Positions 29,862 through 39,700 of a DNA stretch of 64,000 nt are shown piece after piece. The stretch lies in assembly GCA_036149055.1 (NCBI GenBank), contig JAYZQJ010000128.1, positions 1-64,000 on the forward strand, given 5' to 3'. Under the pieces are notes generated by a model, which was given only the letters and a program-made list of their open reading frames with translations, was not told the DNA's origin and did not search any database. Every line of letters starts with the position of its first letter. Positions within the stretch are counted from its first letter, which is position 1. Position numbers and translations under genes: made by a program. The stretch is from Myxococcota bacterium (GTDB taxonomy: Bacteria; Myxococcota_A; Polyangia; Polyangiales; Sandaracinaceae).

Positions 29862-30458
29862 TCAACGCCAGCGCAGCTCGGCGACGCACGCGTCGTCGCC
29901 CGCGGAGACGCAGGCGACCCGCTCCACCTCGACGCCCTCGAGGCCCATCGTCTCGAAGAACGCGGCGACGGTGTGGCTCGCGATCAGGCAGAGGAGCGGG
30001 TGGTGGCCGGCCCAGTCGCGGGTGGAGGAGACGGCGCGCCGGGCCGCGTCGTCGACGGTGATCTCGCGGCTCCCGGTGGTGTGGACCTGCCGCCAGAGGC
30101 GCTGGATGTGGCGGGCGTAGAAGCCCGGCGACACGAGCTTGCGCACCAGGAACCGGTAGACCCCGTGGCGGACGCGCTCGACGGTGGCGGCCGCGATCTC
30201 CCGGGCGAGCGCCTCTCGCTCCTCGTCGCTCCGCCCCTCGGCCAGCGCGTCGAGCACCGCGTGCACGTGCTCGGCCGCGTACCACTCCGTAGCCAGCACC
30301 CCGAGCGCCGCGTCGTCGGGCGCGAACGGGTGACCGTCGGGCAGCCCCGCGATCAGGCGGCCGCGCGCCTCGGCCCCGTGCCGCTCCTCGTACCAGGCGA
30401 GCGCCGCGCGAAGCAGCGCGCCTTTCATCTTCGCGGCCCCCATCTTCGCGGCCCCCAT
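29862..30458 (-). CDS. DUF2378/4VR-like protein
   Basis: KGALL...LATEWY...SPGFYARHIQRLW...CVSAGDDACVAELRW. The start lies in a 15-bp tandem repeat (30458, 30443 or 30428). Confidence 0.7.
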   Translation of the reverse strand: MGAAKMGAAKMKGALLRAALAWYEERHGAEARGRLIAGLPDGHPFAPDDAALGVLATEWYAAEHVHAVLDALAEGRSDEEREALAREIAAATVERVRHGVYRFLVRKLVSPGFYARHIQRLWRQVHTTGSREITVDDAARRAVSSTRDWAGHHPLLCLIASHTVAAFFETMGLEGVEVERVACVSAGDDACVAELRWR

Positions 30459-30470
30459 CGTCGCGGCCCT
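30426..30470. repeat. 15-bp tandem repeat x3 (encodes MGAAK MGAAK M)
   Basis: CATCTTCGCGGCCCC x2 plus CATCGTCGCGGCCCT. Confidence 0.85.
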
Positions 30471-31044
30471 AACGACGCGCGCGGGCGAGGAGGTAGGACG
30501 CCAGGACGCCTCCCGCGAAGCCAAAGAGGTGCCCCTCCCAGGAGACGAAGGTCTGGAGCGGGGACATCCCGAGGAGCAAGCTGCCCCAGACGAGGAGCAC
30601 GACGATCGACAGCGCGATCGAGCCGAGCCGCCGCTCGAACCACCCGGTCGAGAGCAGGTAGCCGAAGAGGCCGAAGACCACGCCGCTGGCTCCGATGTGG
30701 TTGGTGTCGGATCGGCCGATCAGCCAAATGCCCAGCCCGCCGATCAGCGCGGAGAGCGCGGCGGTCACGTAGAGATCGCGCTCCTCCTTCAGCACCACCA
30801 TCCCGCCGAAGACGAGGATGCCGACCGCGTTGCCGAGCACGTGCCCGAGACCGCCGTGCAAGAACGGATGCGTGAGCACCCCGATCAGGCCGACGGCCTC
30901 TCGCGGGCGCACTCCGAGCGCGTCGATCGGCGCCACCCAGCTCACGATCTCGAGGGCCAAGATCAGCCCGACGAACCCGAAGAGGACCTTGCCGTAGCGA
31001 CGGAGGTCGCGACCCAGGTCCGCGAAGGTGACCTTCTCTTCCAC
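30469..31044 (-). CDS. Rhomboid intramembrane serine protease
   Basis: PFLHGGLGHVLGN, HIGASGVVFG and SWEGHLFG. Confidence 0.93.
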   Translation of the reverse strand: MEEKVTFADLGRDLRRYGKVLFGFVGLILALEIVSWVAPIDALGVRPREAVGLIGVLTHPFLHGGLGHVLGNAVGILVFGGMVVLKEERDLYVTAALSALIGGLGIWLIGRSDTNHIGASGVVFGLFGYLLSTGWFERRLGSIALSIVVLLVWGSLLLGMSPLQTFVSWEGHLFGFAGGVLASYLLARARR

Positions 31045-31096
31045 GACGGCAGCCTAGCACCGCCCGCGCGGAAGCCGAAACGCGCAAGCCTCGCGG

Positions 31097-31603
31097 TCAG
31101 CTCCCGTGGGCGGCGAGCTCCGCGGGGCAGGTGCCGTCCTCGGGGACCTGGAGCGCGTTCGAGGGGGAGGCGGTGTCGGCGGCGGGAGCGCTCTCGTTCG
31201 TGCGACGCACGTAGAAGGGCGTGCCGGTGCCGATGTCGAGGCCCACGTCGTAGTAGTAGCTCCCGTCGAAGCCAGCCGGGATGCAGACCGAGCCGGACCA
31301 GGTGTCGGCGACCCGCTCGAGGCGGACCCCATCGGCGAGCGGAAGGTCCGAACCGTAGAGGTACGCCTCGACCTCGCCCTCGTCTTGGTCGGCCGCGATC
31401 GCGAAGGTCACGTCGCAGCACGTCAGCTCCTCGATCGGCGCGACGTCGACCGGACCCCCGTCATACGGGACGCGGGGGAACGGCTCCTCGATGCCCGTCG
31501 CCGGGAGCGCGCGAGGAGGGTTGTCCGGCACCATGCCGGGAGGGCTCTCCTCGCAGGCGGCGAGGAGGGTGGCTGCCGTCACACAGGCGATCGTGAGTCT
31601 CAT
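31097..31603 (-). CDS. Small lipoprotein with CBM48/CBM20-like Ig fold
   Basis: Lipobox LLAAC. VTFAI...AYLYGS...LERVADTWSGSVCIPAG...YYY. ATGA-coupled to the upstream gene. Confidence 0.65.
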   Translation of the reverse strand: MRLTIACVTAATLLAACEESPPGMVPDNPPRALPATGIEEPFPRVPYDGGPVDVAPIEELTCCDVTFAIAADQDEGEVEAYLYGSDLPLADGVRLERVADTWSGSVCIPAGFDGSYYYDVGLDIGTGTPFYVRRTNESAPAADTASPSNALQVPEDGTCPAELAAHGS

Positions 31604-33561
31604 CGGTCCGCTCCGTCTCCGCCGTGGCTCGACGGCCAGTGCCCGCCGCGCTGGAGGACGCGGTGCAAGATGTCGTACGCGCTCTGGTCACGCCCGCGCC
31701 GGAACCACTCCGTCTCGACCGGGATCTGAGCGACCAAGGCCGCCCGTGCCTCCGGCGAGCGGTCCGCCGCGCGGCCGAGGAGCCGGATGAGCGCGACCCG
31801 GGTGATGCGGTCGGGCTGGGTCCGTAGATCCCTCACCGCCCGCTCGACGAGCGCGTCGCTCGGCGCCACGCCCGCGTCGAGGTGCGCGCGGTCGAGCACT
31901 CGGTAGAGGCTGCGCAGCACGCGCGGGTGCCGCTCGCGCCCCAGCCACTCCACCACGAGCGGCGTGGTGTCGAGCGGGTCCATGCGGCGGAGCGCCCGGC
32001 TGGTGTACTGCCGGACCTCGGGCTCCGGGCTCTCGGTGAAGCCGACGACCAGGCTCAGCGTCCGCGGGCTCCGCATGTTGCCGATCGCGCCGAAGACGGG
32101 CCTCAGATCGAGCGGCTCCTCGGCGGTGGCCAGCCCGTCCATGATGGCGTTCTCCGCCACCCCGCCGATGGCGTCGTCGCTCGGGTGCTGCCCGGCGATG
32201 GCGCCCACCGCGAGCATCGCCTCCCGGGCGAGGATGCGCTCCGACGGCTCGTCGCTGGTGATCGCCGCCGCCTTCGACGCCATGTACTGCGCGTCGCTCA
32301 CGTCGACGTCGTCTCGGTCGATCAGCGCGAACATCGCTCGCGTCCGCTCGAAGCTCGGCGCCGCCTCGTCGTGCATCACCTCTCGCAGCACCCCGAGGGC
32401 CTCGGGGGTACGGGTGCGGGAGAGCGCCACGTAGGCGCCCGCGGTCGCGTTGGTCGGGAGCTCGCCGTCGCGCATCGACCGAACGAGCCGCGCGGCCGCC
32501 TCGGGGCGCGCCTCGAGGTAGTCCGTGAGCGGCGGCCAGGTGTCCTGGAAGCCGACGTCTCGCTCGACGCGGCCGAGGTAGCTCGCCAGCGTCTGGGGAT
32601 AGGTGTGCTGTCGCACCGCGTCCTGACGGCGACGATCCGCGAGGGTGAGCGGCCGGCCCGCGCGGCGCTCGAAGGTGCGGGGCAGGAGGTTCTCCCAGAC
32701 GTACGCGTCGAGCTCGCGGGCCGCGCCCCGCATCACCGAGCCGCTCGAGGCGAGCGCGCGAGCGCTGACCCGGGTGCGGGTGAAGCCGCCGTCGCCGCGA
32801 AGCTCCAGCGTCGACTCGAGGTCCGCGAAGAAGGGCCCCTGGCCCAGCTCGATCACCGCGTGACTCGCGACCGGCGCGGCGGCGAGCTCGGCCGGCTGCC
32901 AGAAGCGGTCGTATCGCGTCACCCGACGGAGCACCTGTCGCGCCGAGGCGTCGCCGGCGGGCTCGAAGGTGGCCGTGAACGCGCCGAGCGCGTCCATCCG
33001 CTCGGCCGAGACCCGGTCGGTCTCGGGCCAGACGAAGCCGAGCTCCGCCGAGAGCGACTGCTGGATGCGCGCGTCGGCGCGGAGGGTGTCCTCGTGGCGT
33101 CCGAACGCCTCGATCGCGCAGTCCTCTCCGACCCGCAGGACGAAGGGAGCGAGCAGGCGGTGCGCCCCATCGATCGCGCTCGCCTCGAGGCGCGCGATCC
33201 GGGCGAGCAGCACCGCGCCCTCATCCGACGTCGGTCGCAGCGTCTCGAAGTGGAGGCGGAACGCCGCGCGCTGCTCGAGCTCGAAGGACCGTCGCTCCGC
33301 TCCCGGGACATCCGAGCGCTCGGCGCGGGTGACGACCTCGACCTCGTACGCCAGCCGGTCGTCCGCCGAGAACCGGCAGCCCCAGCTTCGGCCCGACGAC
33401 GCGTGCGACGACGGGTCGGCGCTCGGCCGCGGGGCCGCGAAGACGGGCGTCGCGGGCTCGGAGGTCGCTCCGGTCGGCGCGGACGAGTCCCCGGCGGCGA
33501 AGTAGACGATGGTTGCGGCTGCGGCCAGCGCCGCGCCGATCGGGAGGGCGTGTCTCCTCAT
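31600..33561 (-). CDS. Exported HEAT-repeat protein resembling vitellogenin/MTP N-terminal lipid-transfer module
   Basis: N-terminal signal/TM. Beta-rich segment (YEVEV...PFVLRV...ERMDALGAFTATF) followed by a helical superhelix with TPEAL, AMLAVGAIA and GAIGNMRSP. 653 aa, ATGA coupled. Confidence 0.7.
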   Translation of the reverse strand: MRRHALPIGAALAAAATIVYFAAGDSSAPTGATSEPATPVFAAPRPSADPSSHASSGRSWGCRFSADDRLAYEVEVVTRAERSDVPGAERRSFELEQRAAFRLHFETLRPTSDEGAVLLARIARLEASAIDGAHRLLAPFVLRVGEDCAIEAFGRHEDTLRADARIQQSLSAELGFVWPETDRVSAERMDALGAFTATFEPAGDASARQVLRRVTRYDRFWQPAELAAAPVASHAVIELGQGPFFADLESTLELRGDGGFTRTRVSARALASSGSVMRGAARELDAYVWENLLPRTFERRAGRPLTLADRRRQDAVRQHTYPQTLASYLGRVERDVGFQDTWPPLTDYLEARPEAAARLVRSMRDGELPTNATAGAYVALSRTRTPEALGVLREVMHDEAAPSFERTRAMFALIDRDDVDVSDAQYMASKAAAITSDEPSERILAREAMLAVGAIAGQHPSDDAIGGVAENAIMDGLATAEEPLDLRPVFGAIGNMRSPRTLSLVVGFTESPEPEVRQYTSRALRRMDPLDTTPLVVEWLGRERHPRVLRSLYRVLDRAHLDAGVAPSDALVERAVRDLRTQPDRITRVALIRLLGRAADRSPEARAALVAQIPVETEWFRRGRDQSAYDILHRVLQRGGHWPSSHGGDGADR

Positions 33562-36500
33562 CGGAACCTCTGGAAGTAGGGGAAGCTCTGCTCGTAGAGG
33601 CTGCCCTCGGCGATCACGTGCCCCTGGTACTTGATGATCGGCCAGCCGAAAGTGAGCGTGGTGAGGAGGAGCGGGATGCGGACCTCGGCCCGGATCTCGC
33701 CCTCGAGCGCCCGGACCTCCCACGGCACCTCGACGCCGTAGGCGCCCGCGATGCCGGTGGAGTCGTCCGCGAAGGTGAGGTGGTGGATCGTGTTGCTCAG
33801 CGTCGGCGTGAGCTTCGCCGAGATGAAGGTCACCGACGCCGTCACGCAGACGCCGGCTTCGTCGCTCGGCGAGCAGACGGCGAGGCCGACGCCAGCTCCG
33901 GCCGCGAGCTCGACGCCGAGCGACATCCGGAAGAAGTCCGCCTGACGCACCCGGTCGAACTGGCAGACGAAGGGGAGCTCCTCCGTCATCGGGGTCGGCC
34001 TGAGGGCGGGGGCGGCAGAGCCCTCGACCGCGACCATCGCGAGCCCGGTGGGCGTCGTGCCGGTCGGCATCAGCGTCCCGCGCGAGAAGCTGCGCGCCAG
34101 GCCCCCGTCGACGTAGGTCAAGGCGCCCGCGCCAGTACCGGCCGCGAGCTCGCCCCCGTTCGACAGCCACCGCATCGAGGTCTGCAGCTCGGAGCCGCAG
34201 CGGGTGGCGTCGTAGTTGGAAGCGCACTGCGCGTCCGGGTGGTAGGTGGCGCTCTGCCCGCCCACCCAGGCGGCGACGCCCGCCAAGGCCGCGAGCGCCT
34301 CGGCTTCGGCCGCGGACTGCGGCTCGGCGAGACGGCCGCCGAGCTCGGCGCACGCGTCGGAGGCCGCCTGGAACGCGGCCGTCTCCTCCCCCGACGGCAC
34401 CAGGCAGCCCTGCGCGATCGACGCGCCGGCGGGGTAGGCGGTGTCGGGCGCGGCCCCGCCGACCGTCTGGATGCAAGGGAACGCCTCGTCGTCATCTTCG
34501 CTGGGCGCGAACTGGGCGCCCAGCTTGAGCGCCACGCCGACCCCCGCCGAGACGACCGCGACGACCGTGACGGGCAGTGGGCCGATGGTGAGCTTGGTCT
34601 TGACGCCCACCGCGAGCCCGAGGCCCTCGACGCCCGCGTACCGGCCGCGGGACCACTCCCGGATGAGCGGCGCCGGAGGCGTCCGGCGGGAGGCGTTGAG
34701 GGACGCGATGATCGGATCCCATGGGGGCTCGATGGAGACCTCGACCGGCTCCGACGCGTCGACCGCGGGCGGGCGCGCCAGGTCGGCCTCGATGCGGTCC
34801 ATCGTCATCACGCCGGCGACCTCGACCACCTGCCCGGTCTCGGCCGCCATGACGTCGCTGGAGCCGCGTTGGTGCTGGCTGGACGCGTCGACCGCGTAGA
34901 GCGACTGCGCGAAGTCTCCCCCCGTCGCGGCGTCGGCGGAGAAGTCGTTCTCACAGCCCGCGTTGGTGCACGCCTGGGCGACGCCTTGATCCGTGTCGGC
35001 CGAGGCGTTCGTCGCCCGGTCCCCGCGGCCCTCGCCGCCGCCTTCCCAGAGCGGGCCCTGACCGACCACGGGCTCCACGAAGCGGTCGCGGACGATGCGG
35101 AGCGAGGTGCTCAGTCCCCGATACTCCCAGGGCACGCGGATGGGCCCGGTTCGCGCGCTGTCTCGGAGCACGTAGTAGACGAGGTCCACGGGGAGGTCGA
35201 CGTCTTCGTAGGCGTCGGGGAGCTCCATCAGCGTTCGGCGCCCCTCGCGGGAAAGGGAGAAGGTGCTTCGGGCGTTGAAGCTCCTCCCGTCCCAAGGCAT
35301 CTGCGCCACGCCGAGCGGGATCGGGGAGCGATAGGGCTCGCCCTCCAGCGTCGGGATGCGAAGCGAGCCGGCGACCCGGAGCACCGGGTCGGCGGGGCCG
35401 TCCGGCGTCGCCCAGGAGTAGGGGTTGGCTGGGTTGTCGCCGATGACCGAAATGTCCGACTCCACCTCGATGACCACCTCGCGGTTGGGCCGCGTGTTCA
35501 CCGAGAGCAGCGGCTCCACGACGCGCGCCGCCTCCGGGAGAACGATGACGTGGGAGGCGGGGCCGCCGAGCAGATCGATCCGTGAGTCGGAGACCACGCG
35601 CTGGAGGTAGTAGCCGGCGAGGTCGTATCGCTGGGTCCGCGCGTCGTAGAAGAAGGCGGGCGGGTTGATGGCGCACTGGTCGTCGCCCGATTGGTAGTAG
35701 GTGCCCGAGGTCAGCGAAGCCAAGAGCCGCGCGCGGTCGATACGCCCAAGCCGCCCACAGGACAGCGGTATGCGCGCGCTGAGGCGCTCGCCGTCGGCGT
35801 CGGTGGGCGCGATGACGCGCCGACCGATCGAGCAGACGTGGGTGTAGCGAGTGGTCTGCGACGCCTGGTCCCACTCGGGTCTCGCGATCCAGAGGTCGAC
35901 CGGGATCGACTCCTCTGTCGTGTTCCGGACGAGGAGGCCGAACTCGGCCCCGGGCGCGTAGTGGTCTCCTCCGTCGGAAGAATAGTTGATGCTGCGGCCG
36001 TCCTCTCGGAGGACCTCCGGACTGGGGATGATCTCGAACCCGGTGATGCCGAGGGTCCCGCCGGGCATGGGCCGGCGGCCGTCCGAGCCGGTGATGACCT
36101 GCATCGTCTCGTCGGCCACGCAGTTCATCATCTCGTCGCGGCGCGAGGGGCCGTAGCAATGCGCGGGCACGCACGCGCTCCGAGGCGCGCTCGGGGTCAC
36201 GGCGCGCTCCGGCGGGTTGCAGGTCACCTGCCAGGTGTCGATGCCGTCGGTGTCGTCGAGGGGCGCCGCGGTGTCGTAGACGATCTGGTATCGTCGGGGG
36301 GCGCTCGTCTCGGGATCGATGTCGCCCAGGCCGCAGTTCCAGCGCACCGTGCGGGCGCCCGGGTTGTCGCAGGCGACGGTGAAGTCGCAGGTCCCGCGGC
36401 TCCCCGCGCAGGCACGGCGCGCGGCGGCCGTCGACGCCTCGGCGGTCTCGGTGCCCTCGTCGTCGTCGCAGGTCACCGCGTCGATGTCGATCGCGACGGG

Positions 36501-36740
36501 GATGGGCAGGGGCCCGTCGAAGGTCGCGTCCCCGTCGTCGACGTCGAGCCGATCGGGGTTCCTCAGCTGCTCGTCGATGAGCTCGGCGGGGGGGTGGGTC
36601 CGGTAGTTCCACCCGATGAAGCCCTCGGGGCACTCGAGGGTCGGGTCGAGCCCGCTCTCGTCCGCGGTCACGTCGTCGCCGGCGCAGCCACTGACCGCGA
36701 GGCCCGCCAGCAGCGTCAGGCGCATCATCGTTCTGCTCAT
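33558..36740 (-). CDS. Large (1060 aa) lipoprotein with SUEL-like and C-type-lectin-like domains and a beta-sheet-rich C-terminus
   Basis: Lipobox AVSGC. AASDACAELGGRLAEPQSAAE...WVGG...W...LPFVCQ (C-type lectin pattern). Long G/A/V strands (IGPLPVTV, LEGEIRAEV). Confidence 0.75.
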   Translation of the reverse strand: MSRTMMRLTLLAGLAVSGCAGDDVTADESGLDPTLECPEGFIGWNYRTHPPAELIDEQLRNPDRLDVDDGDATFDGPLPIPVAIDIDAVTCDDDEGTETAEASTAAARRACAGSRGTCDFTVACDNPGARTVRWNCGLGDIDPETSAPRRYQIVYDTAAPLDDTDGIDTWQVTCNPPERAVTPSAPRSACVPAHCYGPSRRDEMMNCVADETMQVITGSDGRRPMPGGTLGITGFEIIPSPEVLREDGRSINYSSDGGDHYAPGAEFGLLVRNTTEESIPVDLWIARPEWDQASQTTRYTHVCSIGRRVIAPTDADGERLSARIPLSCGRLGRIDRARLLASLTSGTYYQSGDDQCAINPPAFFYDARTQRYDLAGYYLQRVVSDSRIDLLGGPASHVIVLPEAARVVEPLLSVNTRPNREVVIEVESDISVIGDNPANPYSWATPDGPADPVLRVAGSLRIPTLEGEPYRSPIPLGVAQMPWDGRSFNARSTFSLSREGRRTLMELPDAYEDVDLPVDLVYYVLRDSARTGPIRVPWEYRGLSTSLRIVRDRFVEPVVGQGPLWEGGGEGRGDRATNASADTDQGVAQACTNAGCENDFSADAATGGDFAQSLYAVDASSQHQRGSSDVMAAETGQVVEVAGVMTMDRIEADLARPPAVDASEPVEVSIEPPWDPIIASLNASRRTPPAPLIREWSRGRYAGVEGLGLAVGVKTKLTIGPLPVTVVAVVSAGVGVALKLGAQFAPSEDDDEAFPCIQTVGGAAPDTAYPAGASIAQGCLVPSGEETAAFQAASDACAELGGRLAEPQSAAEAEALAALAGVAAWVGGQSATYHPDAQCASNYDATRCGSELQTSMRWLSNGGELAAGTGAGALTYVDGGLARSFSRGTLMPTGTTPTGLAMVAVEGSAAPALRPTPMTEELPFVCQFDRVRQADFFRMSLGVELAAGAGVGLAVCSPSDEAGVCVTASVTFISAKLTPTLSNTIHHLTFADDSTGIAGAYGVEVPWEVRALEGEIRAEVRIPLLLTTLTFGWPIIKYQGHVIAEGSLYEQSFPYFQRFR

Positions 36741-36775
36741 CTTCACGTCGCCTCTCATCGCCGGTTCGTCCACGC

Positions 36776-39700
36776 TCAGGGCACGCATCGGATCACCACG
36801 CAGCCGTCGCCACCGTACGTCGTGCCGACGCCGCCGGGCTCGCTCGCCGCCGCCGATCTCCGCGCGGTGCAGAGGGCGTAGTCCGGGGACCCCGTGTTGA
36901 CGGCGTTGCCGGTCGACGAGCTCATCGGGGTGAGCCCTCCGCTGAGCACCCCGAAGGCGCCGCCGCTCGCGTCGGTGAAGGTGAAGGCGGAGCCGCCGAC
37001 GCCGCCGGGCTCGCCCGCGCCGCCGCCGCCGCCGCCGTCTCCCGACGGCGCATCCTCGCCGCTCGGGCCGGTGGCTCCGCCGCTGGTGGCGTCGCCGCCG
37101 CTGCCGGCCGGCGCCGCGAACGCGTCGCTGGAGCCGCCGCCTCCGCCGGGGACCGAGAACTGCAGCGTCGCGCTGCCGGTCTGGCGGACGGAGGTGAGCC
37201 CGCCGCCGCTGCCCCCGCCGGCGCTGAAGCTTCCGTCGCCGTCGCCGTCGCCCCCGCTGGCGGGGGTGCCGTAGAGCGAGCCGATCGACGCGGTGCCGAA
37301 GACCGCCGACACCCCGGCCATCTCGCCGCCCTGGCCGACCCACACCGTGAACACGTCGCCGGGCGTGACCGGGAGCGTGCCCTCCACGTAGCCGCCCGCG
37401 CCCCCGTAGGAACGGTCGGGGGGGAAGCCGGTCTCCTGACCGCCCGCGCCGCCGCCGGCGCCCCACGCGGCCACGAAGACCTGGGTGCACATCGCGGGCA
37501 CGGTGAAGGTGCCGGACGGCGCGACCCCGTCGGCGGTCGGCACGTCGAAGACGGCCGAGCAGCCGCTCATGCAGCTCGGCGGGGGTCCGCTGTCCACGCC
37601 GCTGTCCACGCCACTGTCGGCCACCATGCCGGCGTCACGCCCCCCGTCGACGCCGGCGTCCATGCCCACGCCAGCGTCCCCGGTCGGGCGGCTCGTGACC
37701 GAGCAGCGCAGCGCGACGCTCTCGGGGCGCGAGGGCATGCGGAAGCCGGTGTCGGTCACCAGCGCGCCGCCAACATCGAAGTTGCAGGTGGTGTCCACCA
37801 GCGAGCCCCCGTAGGTGACGGGATCGGGCTGCGTCGGGATCGTGAGCCGGTAGCTCACCGCGCTCCCGAGCGTGAACAGCCCGTTCTGGTTGAAGCTCAC
37901 CGTGTCGGCGGTCCCGTCGAGGTCACGGGTGATTCGTAGGACCGCGCCGGGCGGGAGCCCCTGAACGTTCGCCCGGACCGCGGCCGTCGCGTAGGAGCAG
38001 TCGATGGTCGCCACGTCGAGGCGGTCGAAGTGGACCGTTCCGGAGAGGTTGGGGGAGCCGTCACCCGTCCACCCGAAGGCGGCGCGCGTGAAGACGCAGC
38101 TGAGCCCGGGGTCGCTGTTGTCGAGCCGCAGGTCGTAGGCGTAGCCGCGCGGCAGCACGTGCGTGAAGTCCGCGCCGGTCGACGGAGACAGGGCCTGGCG
38201 GGTGGAGACGCCGTCGACTGTGACGTCGATGCCCAGCGTCGAGCCCGGCGAGAGGCCGCGAACCAAGAACCTCGGCGAATATGTGGCTCGGCACGTCGCT
38301 TCGACGCAGATCCCGTCCTCACAGTCCGAGCCCTCGCGACACGAGTCATGCACTATGCAGCGTCCACAGAGGGTGCCTCCGCAGTCGATGTCCGACTCGG
38401 TCCCGTTCAGAATGCGGTCCTCGCAAGTATCGTTGCGGCACGTCCCCCGCGAGCAGAATCCGTTGCAGTCCGCGTTCTCCTCGCATGACAGGCCCACGTC
38501 GCAGCCGCCGCAGACGGCGCCGCCGCAGTCCACGTCGGTCTCGCCGGTGTCCTGGACGCCGTTGGCGCAGAGCTGCGAGAGCTCGACGCCGGTCGTCTCG
38601 CCGGTCTCCGGGTCGACGGAGACCCGGCTCGTGTCCTCGCCGTCGCTGGTGTAGCTGGTCTCGCTGGTGGTCGCGGTGCCGTCGGGCTCGCGCCGGGTCA
38701 CGGTGACCTGCGTGGTCTCTCCTTCGTCGACGCCGGTGCTGTCGACCTCGACCTTGCCCTCGGGGGTGAGGCGCACCGAGACGCTGTCCGCGCCGTCGTC
38801 GACCACCACCGTGACCTCGACCTCGCCGTCTTCGGTCTGGTAGGTGACCCGCGCCCGGACCGGGGTCCCCGATCGCGAGGCGACGGTCAGCTCGCCGCCT
38901 TCGGTGACCCGGACCGTGTCCTGCTCGGAGGCGTCTCCGTCGATGCCGGTGATCTCCACCGAGAAGTGGCCGGGGCGGTTCACGACGACGCTGCCGCCGC
39001 CCTCCTCGTCCATGCCGATCCCGCCCGAGTAGGTGAGCTCGACGTCGCTGCCGCCGCTGGCGGGGATCGTCATGCGCATCGGGCCGCGCGAGCCGCAGCG
39101 GCAGCTGGCGAACACCGGCACGAGCGCCGCGCCGTTCTCCTCGATGACCGCGCCGCCCTGGACGCCGACCCGCGCGTCGCCGACCGACGCGAGCGCCGAC
39201 AGGCCGCCCTCGGTCGAGACGGAGATCCCGTCGCGCTCGAAGGGCGCGGGCAGCACCCCGCGGCGGGCCGCGATCGGCGCGAAGTAGAGCGCGTTGCCGT
39301 TCTCTCGCGTGCCCTCGTAGAGCACGGAGCTGCCGTCGGGCAGCGGCATGTCGTAGGTCCAGGTGCCGGCGCCCTCGTCGATGCGGATCACCTGCTCGAG
39401 CTGCGGGCGGTTGCTGTCGTAGACGCGGAGGAAGTAGAGGTCGGCGCGCTCGCCGCGGTAGTAGCCGATGGGCACCAGGGCGTGGGCGAAGTCGAACCCG
39501 GCCTCGGTGCGTCGCGCGATCGCCAACCGGTAGCGCTCGCCGCCCTCGGCGAAGGCCTCCTCGACGAGGAACTGCATCACGTCCTCGGCGATGAAGCGGC
39601 GGTTGGTCGTGGGGGGCAGCGCGTACTGCGACGCCGACCAGTAGGCGAGCTCGGCCTGCAGCGCGAGGTTGCCGGGCAGCACCAGCTCCGCCGCGGTCTC

